Shown one piece after another: positions 26,674 through 37,218 of a DNA stretch of 64,000 nt; the stretch's first letter is position 1, and each line of letters opens with the position of its first letter. Location: contig JAYSUD010000001.1 in assembly GCA_043719295.1 (NCBI GenBank), forward strand, positions 97,700-161,699, written 5' to 3'. This DNA comes from a bacterium (GTDB lineage Bacteria; Patescibacteriota; Minisyncoccia; Phycocordibacterales; UBA918). The notes under the pieces are model-generated. The model was not told the origin of the DNA. It searched no databases and worked only from the letters and a program-made list of their open reading frames with translations. The translations under genes were made by a program, and so were the position numbers.

Positions 26674-28023
26674 TCATTCAGCTCTAATAAGAGAAAGAAG
26701 TAAGTCTCTTTTTTCCTCCATTAAACTTTCTGTGTTTGCTTCAAGGTTGAGTCGCATTACGGGGTCGTTTGCAGATGGCCGAATGTTACACCACCATGTT
26801 TCATATGAAAGTGTGAGGCCGTCAGTTTTGTCAACAATGGCATCAGGGAACGTTTCGATAATTGTGTTGAATATATCTTCTTTTTCTTTTGTGACAGTGC
26901 TATTTACCTCACCAGACTGATAATATTTTTTAACGTCCGCAACAAGTTGAGATAATGGCTTCTTTTCAGCAATTAAAAGTTCCATTATTAAAAATGCAGG
27001 TAGTGCACCACCTTCAGAGAAGAATGTGTCTTTGAAGAAGAAGTGACCTGAGAGCTCTACACCTAACACAGCATCATGCTTTCGCATACTTGTTTTTATA
27101 TAGGTGTGGCCAACTTTTTCTCGAATCGCTGTACCGCCGAGTTTTTCGATTTCTTCAATAAGTGCACGAGATGAACGAATATCACAAATGACAGTGCTGT
27201 TTGGATATTTTTGTAATACTTGTTTAACCAAAAGTGCACCGATCATGTCTGATGCAATAGGAGCTCCGTTTTCATCAACAAATCCTACTCTGTCAGCATC
27301 TCCATCAAAGGCTATGCCTAAGCTTGCACTTTTTTTGACTACTTCAGCTCCCAAACTTGTAAGTGTGTCATGTTTCATTGGGTTCGCCTCATGATTGGGA
27401 GCCGTGTGGTCGTACGTATCGAAAATGGTATGGACTGTAATATCGGGTTCAAAAGCTTTGAATGTATCAATTTCGAGAATCCCAATCATGTTTGCGGGAT
27501 CAATAACAATTGAAAGATTAGAGCCTGAAAGATCATGATTTTTCTTAAACTTTGCTATCCAATCAGGCAAGAGTGCATGTGTGGTGATATTTCCGTGTGT
27601 AGTTTCCTCCGAAAACGTGTGCGTACCGACAATTTCTTTTATCTTTTGTAATAAGTCTCCAGTAACTGGTTTTGCGTCTTCAATAGAGATTTTTAACCCG
27701 TTGTACTCTGATGGCATGTGTGATGCAGTAATCATTACCGTTGCGTCAACGTCAGTAGTACCACAGATGAAATACGTCATCGGGGTAGTACAAAGCCCAA
27801 GATCAACAACTTCTGCACCCATTTCTGTCACCCCTCGTGACAAAGCTTCAAAAAGCACATCAGCTGAGGGTCGAATATCGCGTCCAATAGCTACCTTCTT
27901 AAGGTTGAAGTGCAATACGGTAGCTTTACCTATTTTGTATACCTCTTCGGCGGTGATTTCTTCTCCAAATTTCCCTCGAATGTCAAAATCGCGGTATATT
28001 GTCTTTAAATGTTCGTATATCAT
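26674..28023 (-). CDS. Phosphoglucomutase/phosphomannomutase (alpha-D-phosphohexomutase superfamily)
   Basis: Active-site loop TASHMPSEYNG (TASHNP). Metal loop FDGDADR. Sugar loop GVELSGHFF (GEMSGH-type). Confidence 0.85.
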   Translation of the reverse strand: MIYEHLKTIYRDFDIRGKFGEEITAEEVYKIGKATVLHFNLKKVAIGRDIRPSADVLFEALSRGVTEMGAEVVDLGLCTTPMTYFICGTTDVDATVMITASHMPSEYNGLKISIEDAKPVTGDLLQKIKEIVGTHTFSEETTHGNITTHALLPDWIAKFKKNHDLSGSNLSIVIDPANMIGILEIDTFKAFEPDITVHTIFDTYDHTAPNHEANPMKHDTLTSLGAEVVKKSASLGIAFDGDADRVGFVDENGAPIASDMIGALLVKQVLQKYPNSTVICDIRSSRALIEEIEKLGGTAIREKVGHTYIKTSMRKHDAVLGVELSGHFFFKDTFFSEGGALPAFLIMELLIAEKKPLSQLVADVKKYYQSGEVNSTVTKEKEDIFNTIIETFPDAIVDKTDGLTLSYETWWCNIRPSANDPVMRLNLEANTESLMEEKRDLLLSLIRAE

Positions 28024-28268
28024 CTCTCTATAGTACTACATGAGCTTCGGGTGCAACAAATCCACAGAAGATTGCGATTATATAGGGTTTTGTGGTATCA
28101 TACCGGCGCAAATAGATGTCGGTTTAGTCTATGTTTGCGAGGATACAGTAATGAGACAATTTTAGACAATAGAGACTTTACAGTGCATATGCATTATAAA
28201 TCTTCATTTGTCTCGAATTGCTCCTTGTATTTGTAGACGAAAAGCTACATTGAGCATTTGCATACATT

Positions 28269-29156
28269 ATGCTTACTTTTGTTCAAACAGCACACGCTGC
28301 AAGCGAAAATGGAATTTCAATTCACCTCGCCCCTGAGGTCATTGGAACACTTTTTGGTATCCCGATAACAAGCACACTCATGACGGTATGGCTTACCATG
28401 GCGATTTTGATATGTGTCGCACTCTTAATTCATTTCAGATTAAGCCCTGTCCCAAATAAACTACAGAGTATTTTTGAAACTATAATTGGTGGAGTGTTTA
28501 ACTACATGGCTGATGTTCTTGAAAGTAAAGCACTTGCAAAACGTTTCTTCCCATTGGTGATGACTATTTTCATTTTTGTACTCAGTATGAACTGGGTAGG
28601 ACTCTTGCCAGGGATCGATTCTATTGGGTTCTATGGAGAATCAGAATCGCATGAGAAAGTAGAAGGTGCATCCGAATTACACAGTGAAACTTCGTCTAAG
28701 TCAGACGTCAAAGAAACTACAATGATTGGACAAGAGGAGTCTGCAGTGGTTGTGAGCAAATTTATACCTTTTTTCCATCCACCTGCAACTGACTTAAACA
28801 TCACAATTGGGTTTGCAATTGTTGCGTTTGTTTCAATTGAACTTGCGGGAGTGTTTATGCTTGGGTTGTTCAAGTACGGGGGTAAGTTTATAAACTTTAA
28901 GTCTCCATTAGCCTTTGTTATTGGGCTTATTGAGCTTTTAAGTGAACTTGCAAGACTCATTTCGTTTTCATTCCGTCTTTTTGGAAACATTTTTGCGGGG
29001 AAAACACTTATCTTAGTGATTATGTTCTTGACGACTCCATACATTGTTCCCGTACCACTTATAGCGTATGAGTTCTTTGTTGGGTTCATCCAGGCCTTCA
29101 TTTTTGCTATTTTGACGTTATACTTCATTAAGTTAGCCATCGAAGAGCCACACTAG
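28269..29156 (+). CDS. atpB: F-type ATP synthase F0 subunit a
   Basis: Signature LISFSFRLFGNIFAGKTLIL (essential Arg of subunit a). Carries an unusual ~60-aa acidic insertion (ESESHEKVEGASELHSETSSKSDVKETT). Confidence 0.85.
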   Translation: MLTFVQTAHAASENGISIHLAPEVIGTLFGIPITSTLMTVWLTMAILICVALLIHFRLSPVPNKLQSIFETIIGGVFNYMADVLESKALAKRFFPLVMTIFIFVLSMNWVGLLPGIDSIGFYGESESHEKVEGASELHSETSSKSDVKETTMIGQEESAVVVSKFIPFFHPPATDLNITIGFAIVAFVSIELAGVFMLGLFKYGGKFINFKSPLAFVIGLIELLSELARLISFSFRLFGNIFAGKTLILVIMFLTTPYIVPVPLIAYEFFVGFIQAFIFAILTLYFIKLAIEEPH

Positions 29157-29186
29157 TCAGTAGATAATCACGAGTTTCGTAAATAA

Positions 29187-29516
<330 letters not shown>

Positions 29517-29537
29517 GGAATCCCAATATCGCCCAAT

Positions 29538-29625
29538 CTACTTCGTTGTACTGCAGCAAATTTTTACTCACCATACAGAGGTATGGCTCGTCAAAATTTC
29601 TTTGTACGCCTCGTATCTCGGGCAA
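29538..29625. repeat. Degenerate copy G of the dispersed intergenic element
   Basis: CTTCGTTGTACTGCAGCAAATTTTTACTCA...GTACGCCTCGTATCTCGGG lies between atpE and atpF. Confidence 0.5.
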
Positions 29626-29693
29626 TCTTGAAATTTCTTATATGCTTCGCATATAAAATTAAAGAACTAATAGCTGTAAGCTAAAAACTAACA

Positions 29694-30134
29694 ATGGAAC
29701 AACTTATTCACGCATTCGGAATTGATGGAAAACTCATCATAATCCAGATCATAAACTTTGCAGTGCTTGCCGGCCTGTTGACGTATTTTCTCTATACGCC
29801 ACTCCTCCGAATCTTAAACGAACGAGAAGAAAAGATTAAGCAAGGTATCACTGATGCTGAAGATGCAGCAAAAGCAAATGCTGATGCTCAAAAAGAAAAG
29901 CAAGCAATCTTAACTGAAGCTCAAAAAGATGCGCAAGCTATCGATGCGCGCGCACAAGCATTCGGAAAAGAAAAAGAAACAGAGATGATCGCTGTAGCAC
30001 AAGCTAAAGCACAAGAAGTACTTGCTGATGCAGAAGTAAAAAGTGTGTTACTTAAAGAAAAGGCTTTGAAAGATAGTGAAGCAGAGATCGCTAAAGTTGC
30101 TGTCTTAGCAGCACAAAAAGTACTTCAGGGGTAA
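29694..30134 (+). CDS. atpF: F-type ATP synthase F0 subunit b
   Basis: N-terminal TM helix, then a long Ala/Lys/Glu-rich helix typical of subunit b. Confidence 0.7.
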   Translation: MEQLIHAFGIDGKLIIIQIINFAVLAGLLTYFLYTPLLRILNEREEKIKQGITDAEDAAKANADAQKEKQAILTEAQKDAQAIDARAQAFGKEKETEMIAVAQAKAQEVLADAEVKSVLLKEKALKDSEAEIAKVAVLAAQKVLQG

Positions 30135-30153
30135 CGTAAGCAATAACAACAGT

Positions 30154-30540
30154 ATGAAACAACACTATGTAGATGCGGTAACAGAATTACTCTTAAACGG
30201 GAGTGATGTTTCATTTGTGCTTAAAGGCTTAGAGGCAACACTCAAAGCAAAAGGATATATCTCGTTACATGCACAGATACTAAAAGGAGTTCAAAAGAAA
30301 CTTGAAGCCTCAAGTATACAAGCGCTTTCACACGTTGTTGTTACAAAAGAAAGTGACATGAAGCACTTTCATGCACAAATTGAAGCTTCACTTAAAGCGT
30401 TAGGAGGCAAGGTTGACACTTCAAACGTAACTATCGACACGACGTTAATTGGTGGATACATTGCTTCACACCAAGGTAAAAGTATCGATGCTTCATACAA
30501 GAACAAACTCGTATCACTCTATCGCGCAATCACCACATAA
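30154..30540 (+). CDS. atpH: F-type ATP synthase subunit delta (short form)
   Basis: C-terminal OSCP-like IDTTLIGGYIASHQGKSIDASYKNKL; operon position between b and alpha. Confidence 0.55.
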   Translation: MKQHYVDAVTELLLNGSDVSFVLKGLEATLKAKGYISLHAQILKGVQKKLEASSIQALSHVVVTKESDMKHFHAQIEASLKALGGKVDTSNVTIDTTLIGGYIASHQGKSIDASYKNKLVSLYRAITT

Positions 30541-30576
30541 TTATCAAACAGTTTACTAAACTAATCACCAAAAACT

Positions 30577-32145
30577 ATGAGCACTGCAATTATTGAAAAA
30601 ATTAAAAAGGAGATTGAAAATCTTGATGGAGCATCACAAACAGCAACAGAAGTTGGAGTTGTGTCTGCTGTTGGAGATGGAATTGCTGAAATTCAAGGTT
30701 TATCTTCTGCACAGATGATGGAGATGGTTATCTTCGATAGTGCACAAGGGAAGACACTTGAAGAGACTCTGCAAAGCAGTGATGCTTTGTTTGGTCTTGT
30801 ATTGAACCTTGAAGAAGACATGGTGAAGGTGGTTGTGCTTGGTGAGCAAAGTTTGGTAAAAGAAGGGATGCGGGTAACGCGTACAGGAAAGTTGCTTTCA
30901 ATCCCCGTTGGAGAGGCTATTGTGGGGCGAGTGGTAAACGCGCTTGGTGAAATGATTGATGGTAAAGGTGCAATCAAAACTGACAAAGATATGCCTATTG
31001 AGCGCGTTGCATACGGAGTGATGGAGCGATCTGCGGTTAATGAACCTATTCACACAGGCATTAAGGCTATTGACTCAATGATCCCAATTGGCCGTGGACA
31101 ACGAGAACTCATCATTGGGGATAGAGGTACAGGCAAGACAACTATTGCAATTGACACTATCATCAACCAGAAGTTTGAACCAAAAGAAAAACGTCCAATT
31201 TGTATTTACGTTGCAATCGGCCAGAAACGGTCAAAGACTGCAAGTATTATGGCGAAGTTAGAAGAACAAGGTGCAATGGAATACACTACAATTCTAGCCA
31301 CGTCCGCATCAGAAGCTTCACCAATGCTTTTCTTGGCACCATTTGCAGGAATGGCTATTGGAGAATACTTTATGGAGCAAGGTAAAGATGTACTCATCAT
31401 TCTTGATGACTTAAGTAAGCACGCGAACGCATACCGACAGATGTCGCTTCTACTCCGTCGACCACCAGGACGAGAGGCGTATCCAGGAGACATTTTCTAT
31501 CTTCACTCACGACTTCTAGAGAGATCTGCAAAACTTTCAAAAGAACTTGGTGGAGGATCAATTACCGCACTTCCAATTATTGAAACGCAAGAAGGTGACG
31601 TTTCAGCGTACATTCCTACAAACGTGATTTCTATTACTGACGGACAGATTTTCCTTGAGGGGGACTTGTTTAACAAAGGAATCCGTCCTGCACTTAACGT
31701 TGGTATCTCGGTATCGCGGGTTGGTTCTTCTGCACAAACAAAAGCAATGAAGAAAGTTGCTGGTAAGATTCGTCTTGAGCTTGCACAGTTCCGTGAACTT
31801 GAAGCGTTCATGCAGTTTGCGTCTGATTTGGACGATGACACAAAAGCGCGTATTGAATCAGGACGTAAGTATGTTGAACTTCTTAAGCAGAAGCAAAACA
31901 ACCCAATGCCATTTTACAAACAAGTAGTTTCAATCTACGCTGCTAACAACGGAATGTTTAATGCGGCACCGGTAGAAAATACTCAGAAAATTGAAGATGC
32001 ATTCTTGTCGTTTATTGAACGAGAACACGGAACTATGCTTAAGACCATTGAATCGGGTCGTGAGTTTACGGATCCTATCTTGGAAGAACTTAACAAAGCA
32101 ATAGAAAACTTTAAAGAATCACACACAAATTTATTCACTGTCTAA
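30577..32145 (+). CDS. atpA: F-type ATP synthase subunit alpha
   Basis: P-loop [18 protein letters not shown]; conserved [22 protein letters not shown]. Confidence 0.95.
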   Translation: MSTAIIEKIKKEIENLDGASQTATEVGVVSAVGDGIAEIQGLSSAQMMEMVIFDSAQGKTLEETLQSSDALFGLVLNLEEDMVKVVVLGEQSLVKEGMRVTRTGKLLSIPVGEAIVGRVVNALGEMIDGKGAIKTDKDMPIERVAYGVMERSAVNEPIHTGIKAIDSMIPIGRGQRELIIGDRGTGKTTIAIDTIINQKFEPKEKRPICIYVAIGQKRSKTASIMAKLEEQGAMEYTTILATSASEASPMLFLAPFAGMAIGEYFMEQGKDVLIILDDLSKHANAYRQMSLLLRRPPGREAYPGDIFYLHSRLLERSAKLSKELGGGSITALPIIETQEGDVSAYIPTNVISITDGQIFLEGDLFNKGIRPALNVGISVSRVGSSAQTKAMKKVAGKIRLELAQFRELEAFMQFASDLDDDTKARIESGRKYVELLKQKQNNPMPFYKQVVSIYAANNGMFNAAPVENTQKIEDAFLSFIEREHGTMLKTIESGREFTDPILEELNKAIENFKESHTNLFTV

Positions 32146-32256
32146 TGCAATTATTTGAATTAAGTTTTGAATTAATGGTGATGCTTCATAAAGACATTAA
32201 GAATAGTCTTTATAAAGAAAAATTCAGAATAATCGCTACGCTCATTTCTTCATTTT

Positions 32257-33159
32257 ATGGCACTCAAGCAAATTAAAAACAAAATAATCGCAACCCACAA
32301 AACGGGAAAAGTTACCAAGGCGATGGAGGCTGTTTCTGCGGTAAAGATGCGTAAGAGTCAGCAAAAAGCCTTCGTTGGACGTCCGTACGTACACTCTGCA
32401 ATGCGTATACTTTCTCGCCTCTCTGAGTCAAACGAAGGACTTTCACATCCATTCGCACAAAAAAAAGAAGTTGGTAAAGACTTACTGGTGATTGTAACAA
32501 GTGACAAGGGTCTTGCGGGAAGTGTAAACAGTGCTGTTTTGAAAAAAGCAGAAGCATTATTTTCTAAAGAAAATCAAATCGATACAATTTGTATTGGAAG
32601 AAAGGCAACAGAATTTGCTGCACGACAAAAGAAAGAAGTTCTTGCATCATTTGTTAACGTCAGTGACGATGTGTCACTTAGAGATGTGAACAAAATGGCA
32701 TCACTTATTATGGAAACCTTTACCACTTCGTCGTACAGTCATGTGTATGTTTTGTATCAAAACTTTATTTCAACTTTTGAACAAGAGCCAACACAACGAC
32801 AGATTCTTCCACTTGATCCTGCTGAAATCGGGTTCATTATGGAAGGGATTAAACCAAAAGAAGGAAAATGGAGTGATGATAAAGTGACTGCTGATTCAAA
32901 AATTATCTACACCATCGAGCCATCAACTGAAGAGGTTCTCAATACACTTATTCCCCAATTAGTGCAGATTATGTTGTACCATGCCCTTATTGAAAGTAAG
33001 GCATGTGAACATTCGGCTCGTATGGTTGCCATGAAGAATGCAACTGACAACTCAAAAGAGCTAGCAAAGTCACTAACCTTAAAGTTCAACAAAGCCCGAC
33101 AGGCGGCGATTACAGCTGAGGTAGCTGAAATAACCGGCGGAATGGAAGCAATGAAGTAA
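32257..33159 (+). CDS. atpG: F-type ATP synthase subunit gamma
   Basis: IKNKIIATHKTGKVTKAMEAVSAVKMRK N-terminal helix and C-terminal QAAITAEVAEITGG helix. Confidence 0.85.
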   Translation: MALKQIKNKIIATHKTGKVTKAMEAVSAVKMRKSQQKAFVGRPYVHSAMRILSRLSESNEGLSHPFAQKKEVGKDLLVIVTSDKGLAGSVNSAVLKKAEALFSKENQIDTICIGRKATEFAARQKKEVLASFVNVSDDVSLRDVNKMASLIMETFTTSSYSHVYVLYQNFISTFEQEPTQRQILPLDPAEIGFIMEGIKPKEGKWSDDKVTADSKIIYTIEPSTEEVLNTLIPQLVQIMLYHALIESKACEHSARMVAMKNATDNSKELAKSLTLKFNKARQAAITAEVAEITGGMEAMK

Positions 33160-33161
33160 AT

Positions 33162-33479
33162 ATGAAAAAAACTCTTAAAACAATAGTATTAGTTCTGAAC
33201 TCACTACTTATTGTTTTTTGCGTTTCTAGAGCAACTGATTCTATTAGATACTGGGGTACTGGAGGTGAAGATGTTGTTGGTGGTACATTCTATCAAATGA
33301 TAATTGTGTTATTAATATGGTTTTTACCAGCAACTATACTTGCATTCTATACATATAAATTTATTAGATCAGATTTAAGTAATAAAATGTACTTAAAATT
33401 TTTTGCTGTGCTGACACCACTATTTATCGTACTTTTTTTATCCATAAAATTTATGTTTTCTATGTCGGATACCTTTTAG
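33162..33479 (+). CDS. Small polytopic membrane protein inserted in the atp operon
   Basis: 105 aa, 3 TM. Very AT-rich codon usage compared with the flanking atp genes. Confidence 0.4.
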   Translation: MKKTLKTIVLVLNSLLIVFCVSRATDSIRYWGTGGEDVVGGTFYQMIIVLLIWFLPATILAFYTYKFIRSDLSNKMYLKFFAVLTPLFIVLFLSIKFMFSMSDTF

Positions 33480-33480
33480 T

Positions 33481-33535
33481 AGTACTTTTAAGTAATAAGT
33501 TTCTAAAGGAAATTTATTACTCAGTGGTACTGAGT
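33481..33535. repeat. REP-like double-hairpin repeat (copy 1)
   Basis: AGTACTTTTAAGTAATAAGTTTCTAAAGGAAATTTATTACTCAGTGGTACTGAGT: hairpins GTAATAAGTTT/AAATTTATTAC and ACTCAGT-GGT-ACTGAGT. Confidence 0.7.
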
Positions 33536-33542
33536 AAAATAC

Positions 33543-33890
33543 ATGGAATCGAAAATTAAATTTAAAAATGTGGACTATAACAAGACTTCTCAAAGTTTTT
33601 TAAATAATCCTATTTTGACATATCATTTTATTGCTCTTTCAGTAGCAAATTTAATTATATTTTTCTTGCTTTTCACTAGTATACTTGGATTAGTTATATT
33701 TTTCTTGTCAGGTATATTTTTAACCGTACTAGCACTGTCGTTATTGATTACAGTTGTAAGTTTGTCATTAATTTATTGTCAAAGAAAAAAATATATTCTT
33801 GGTTATATAACTTCAGGATCAATAATGGTTTTAGTTAATATATACATACTAATATTAATAATTAGGACTATTATCGAGTTATTTAAATAA
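33543..33890 (+). CDS. Small polytopic membrane protein inserted in the atp operon (second)
   Basis: 115 aa, 3 TM; flanked on both sides by the 55-bp REP-like repeat. Confidence 0.4.
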   Translation: MESKIKFKNVDYNKTSQSFLNNPILTYHFIALSVANLIIFFLLFTSILGLVIFFLSGIFLTVLALSLLITVVSLSLIYCQRKKYILGYITSGSIMVLVNIYILILIIRTIIELFK

Positions 33891-33897
33891 TGCATGT

Positions 33898-33955
33898 AGT
33901 ACTTAGTAATAAGTTCCTAAAGGGAATTTATTACTCAGTGGTACTGAGTTTCAAA
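33898..33955. repeat. REP-like double-hairpin repeat (copy 2)
   Basis: AGTACTTAGTAATAAGTTCCTAAAGGGAATTTATTACTCAGTGGTACTGAGTTTCAAAC; ~90% identical to copy 1. Confidence 0.7.
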
Positions 33956-33997
33956 CAAAAAATTATTAACGACTATTTACTAACAGCTAATTACTAA

Positions 33998-35371
<1,374 letters not shown>

Positions 35372-35377
35372 TTGTTT

Positions 35378-35587
35378 ATGGTTACGCGTAAAAAGGCTGT
35401 AGTGTGTCTATTTAGCATTAGTATTATATATCTCATTGTGTTGGTGTTAAGTAACTACAGTGGATGTGGCTTTTGTTTTTCTGGAAACTGCACATGTAAA
35501 TGTTACGGTATTGATGTTGAATCAGGCTTTCTTGGATTCCAAAGTGGATGTATAGGACCTAGTGAAAGTATTGAACAGAAAATCTAA
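35378..35587 (+). CDS. Small TM plus Cys-rich protein inserted between atpD and atpC
   Basis: MVTRKKAVVCLFSISIIYLIVLVLSNYSGCGFCFSGNCTCKCYGID...: 9 Cys in 69 aa. The listed ORF uses an upstream TTG. Confidence 0.3.
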   Translation: MVTRKKAVVCLFSISIIYLIVLVLSNYSGCGFCFSGNCTCKCYGIDVESGFLGFQSGCIGPSESIEQKI

Positions 35588-35611
35588 TAGTTCTCACTCA
35601 TTAATAAATTT

Positions 35612-35857
35612 ATGACAAAACAACTCAAACTAACAATCTCACGCGTATACGGACCTATTTTTGATGGGGAAGTTATTTCTGTAACTGTCCCCGGAATTGC
35701 AGGCGAAATGACTATTCTTGCAAACCACAGTGCTCTCATCTCTCCGCTTAAAAATGGACTAATTACTATTAGAAAAGAAGGTTCAGAGATTGAAGAGGTA
35801 GAAATAGAATCAGGTACGCTCGAAATCAGTCAAAACCACGCAACAATTCTAATTTAG
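35612..35857 (+). CDS. atpC: F-type ATP synthase subunit epsilon (beta-sandwich domain only)
   Basis: LTISRVYGPIFDGEVISVTVPGIAGEMTILANHSALISPLKNGLITIRK. Confidence 0.75.
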   Translation: MTKQLKLTISRVYGPIFDGEVISVTVPGIAGEMTILANHSALISPLKNGLITIRKEGSEIEEVEIESGTLEISQNHATILI

Positions 35858-35899
35858 TGATTGATTTTTTGAAACAAAGTATGTTGCTCTTTTTACACA

Positions 35900-36559
35900 G
35901 TTTGAAACTCAGTCCGAGGTCGGACCTCGTACTGAGTTCGTCAATCAAACGATAATCTTAGTTCCTTAATGATCTCAACAATTTCTGACATGTCATTATA
36001 GGTCATGTTATCCGAGGTCCAACCTCGGATTATGTCTGATTCTTGGTTTAATTTACTTCTATACAATTTTGAATCTGAGATATTGTGTATTTGAAAGTTA
36101 TTTGTAACATAAGAAACGACTTGTCTTAGGTCTTGGTCACTTGGAATGTATTTTGATTTAAATTTACCCTGGAATAACACTCCTGAGCGTTTGTACTTTT
36201 TATTGAAATACATTGTATAACCAACTCCGACGCGTTTCATGAAATATGAAATGCCATTTTCGACTAATTCTTTTAAAACTAAATGATAATGATTTGGTAA
36301 TATGCAATATGAAACTATCTCGACAACTTTCTCGTCGCTCATATCAGCTGGATATAGATGAAGCTTCCCTCGTATTATCTTTGAATTGTATGCTCTAAGT
36401 GAGCTTAAAAAATAACTGTAGTCTTGAGGGTCGTTGAAAATAACCCTCTTCTCAGTACCTCTGTTGTAGCAGTGATAGTACTCATCAATTTCAAACGCAT
36501 GGTTTCTGCTTGCCATATAGTAAATATACAATAAGTCCGAGGTCGGATCTCGGACTTAT
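35900..36559. mobile_element. RAYT-REP unit: IS200/IS605-like HuH Y1 transposase gene flanked by REP-like palindromes
   Basis: 3' flank GTTTGAAACTCAGT-CCGAGGTCGGACCTCG-TACTGAGTT (35900..35938). 5' flank ATAAGTCCGAG-GTCGGAT-CTCGGACTTAT (36531..36559). A third CCGAGGTCCAACCTCGG hairpin lies inside the coding region at 36006..36030. Confidence 0.7.
35941..36516 (-). CDS. REP-associated tyrosine transposase (RAYT; IS200-like TnpA, HuH Y1 family)
   Basis: HuH motif ILPNHYHLVL. YTMYFNKKYKRSGVLFQGKFKSKYIPSDQDLRQVVSYVTNN aligns with TnpA_REP-type YVRYINRKYGRTGHLWEGRYKS...Y-I-NP. Start taken at ATG 36514; the listed ORF starts at a TTG. Confidence 0.7.
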   Translation of the reverse strand: MASRNHAFEIDEYYHCYNRGTEKRVIFNDPQDYSYFLSSLRAYNSKIIRGKLHLYPADMSDEKVVEIVSYCILPNHYHLVLKELVENGISYFMKRVGVGYTMYFNKKYKRSGVLFQGKFKSKYIPSDQDLRQVVSYVTNNFQIHNISDSKLYRSKLNQESDIIRGWTSDNMTYNDMSEIVEIIKELRLSFD

Positions 36560-36617
36560 CAACTGTCTTTTGTATGAAAGGATGCGCTAAATTGCAACTA
36601 GCAGGTAAACTGTTTGT

Positions 36618-37127
36618 ATGGAAATGATTTTTGTTTTGGTTTCGGTGTTGCAATCAGTTGCAATATCATTAGGGGTTGGGTGTTCAACAGTTGCTATTGT
36701 TAATTTTTTTGTAGCAATAAGTGACGGCAAGATTGATGAACAGGAGCGTAAGATGATGGGGGTTGTATATATACTTCTTCGTGTCGCGATGGTTTTGATT
36801 TTAACAACTACTTTTTTAATAACGTTCTTAATGTTCAGTTCAGTAAGTAGTCAGTATCTAAGTCCTTTTGTTTACGGCACTTGGACACTCATTGGTGTAC
36901 TTTTCTTTAATGCTGTTTTGATGACAAAAAGAATTATGCCATCAAACATTGGACCTGCACTTCAAGCAGCTACTTGGTACACACTTGGAGTTTTGACAGC
37001 CCTTGTACCACTTGGTCTATCACGTTTTTCGTACTTTGAATTCCTCCTTGGTTATGCTGCTGCTATTGCGCTCGGATTAACTATAGTAAACGGGATGATG
37101 GGGCACTTAAAGCACCGAAAGAAATAA
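36618..37127 (+). CDS. Polytopic membrane protein (5 TM), hypothetical
   Basis: Hydrophobic segments throughout; no motif. Confidence 0.45.
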   Translation: MEMIFVLVSVLQSVAISLGVGCSTVAIVNFFVAISDGKIDEQERKMMGVVYILLRVAMVLILTTTFLITFLMFSSVSSQYLSPFVYGTWTLIGVLFFNAVLMTKRIMPSNIGPALQAATWYTLGVLTALVPLGLSRFSYFEFLLGYAAAIALGLTIVNGMMGHLKHRKK

Positions 37128-37152
37128 CAGAAGCAGAAAGTGGTGAGCACAA

Positions 37153-37181
37153 AAAAAGAAGACATACGTCTTCTTTTTTTT
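37153..37181. terminator. Bidirectional intrinsic terminator between convergent genes
   Basis: AAAGAAGAC-ATAC-GTCTTCTTT flanked by an A7 run and a T8 run. Confidence 0.65.
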
Positions 37182-37218
37182 GATTCGCCAATACATTACG
37201 TATTGTTTAAAGGTTTAC

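Noticed and set aside
31200-31901. ORFs antisense or alternative-frame within atpA (31200..31385, 31206..31493 minus, 31503..31901 minus)
   Set aside because: Overlap a highly conserved alpha-subunit reading frame.
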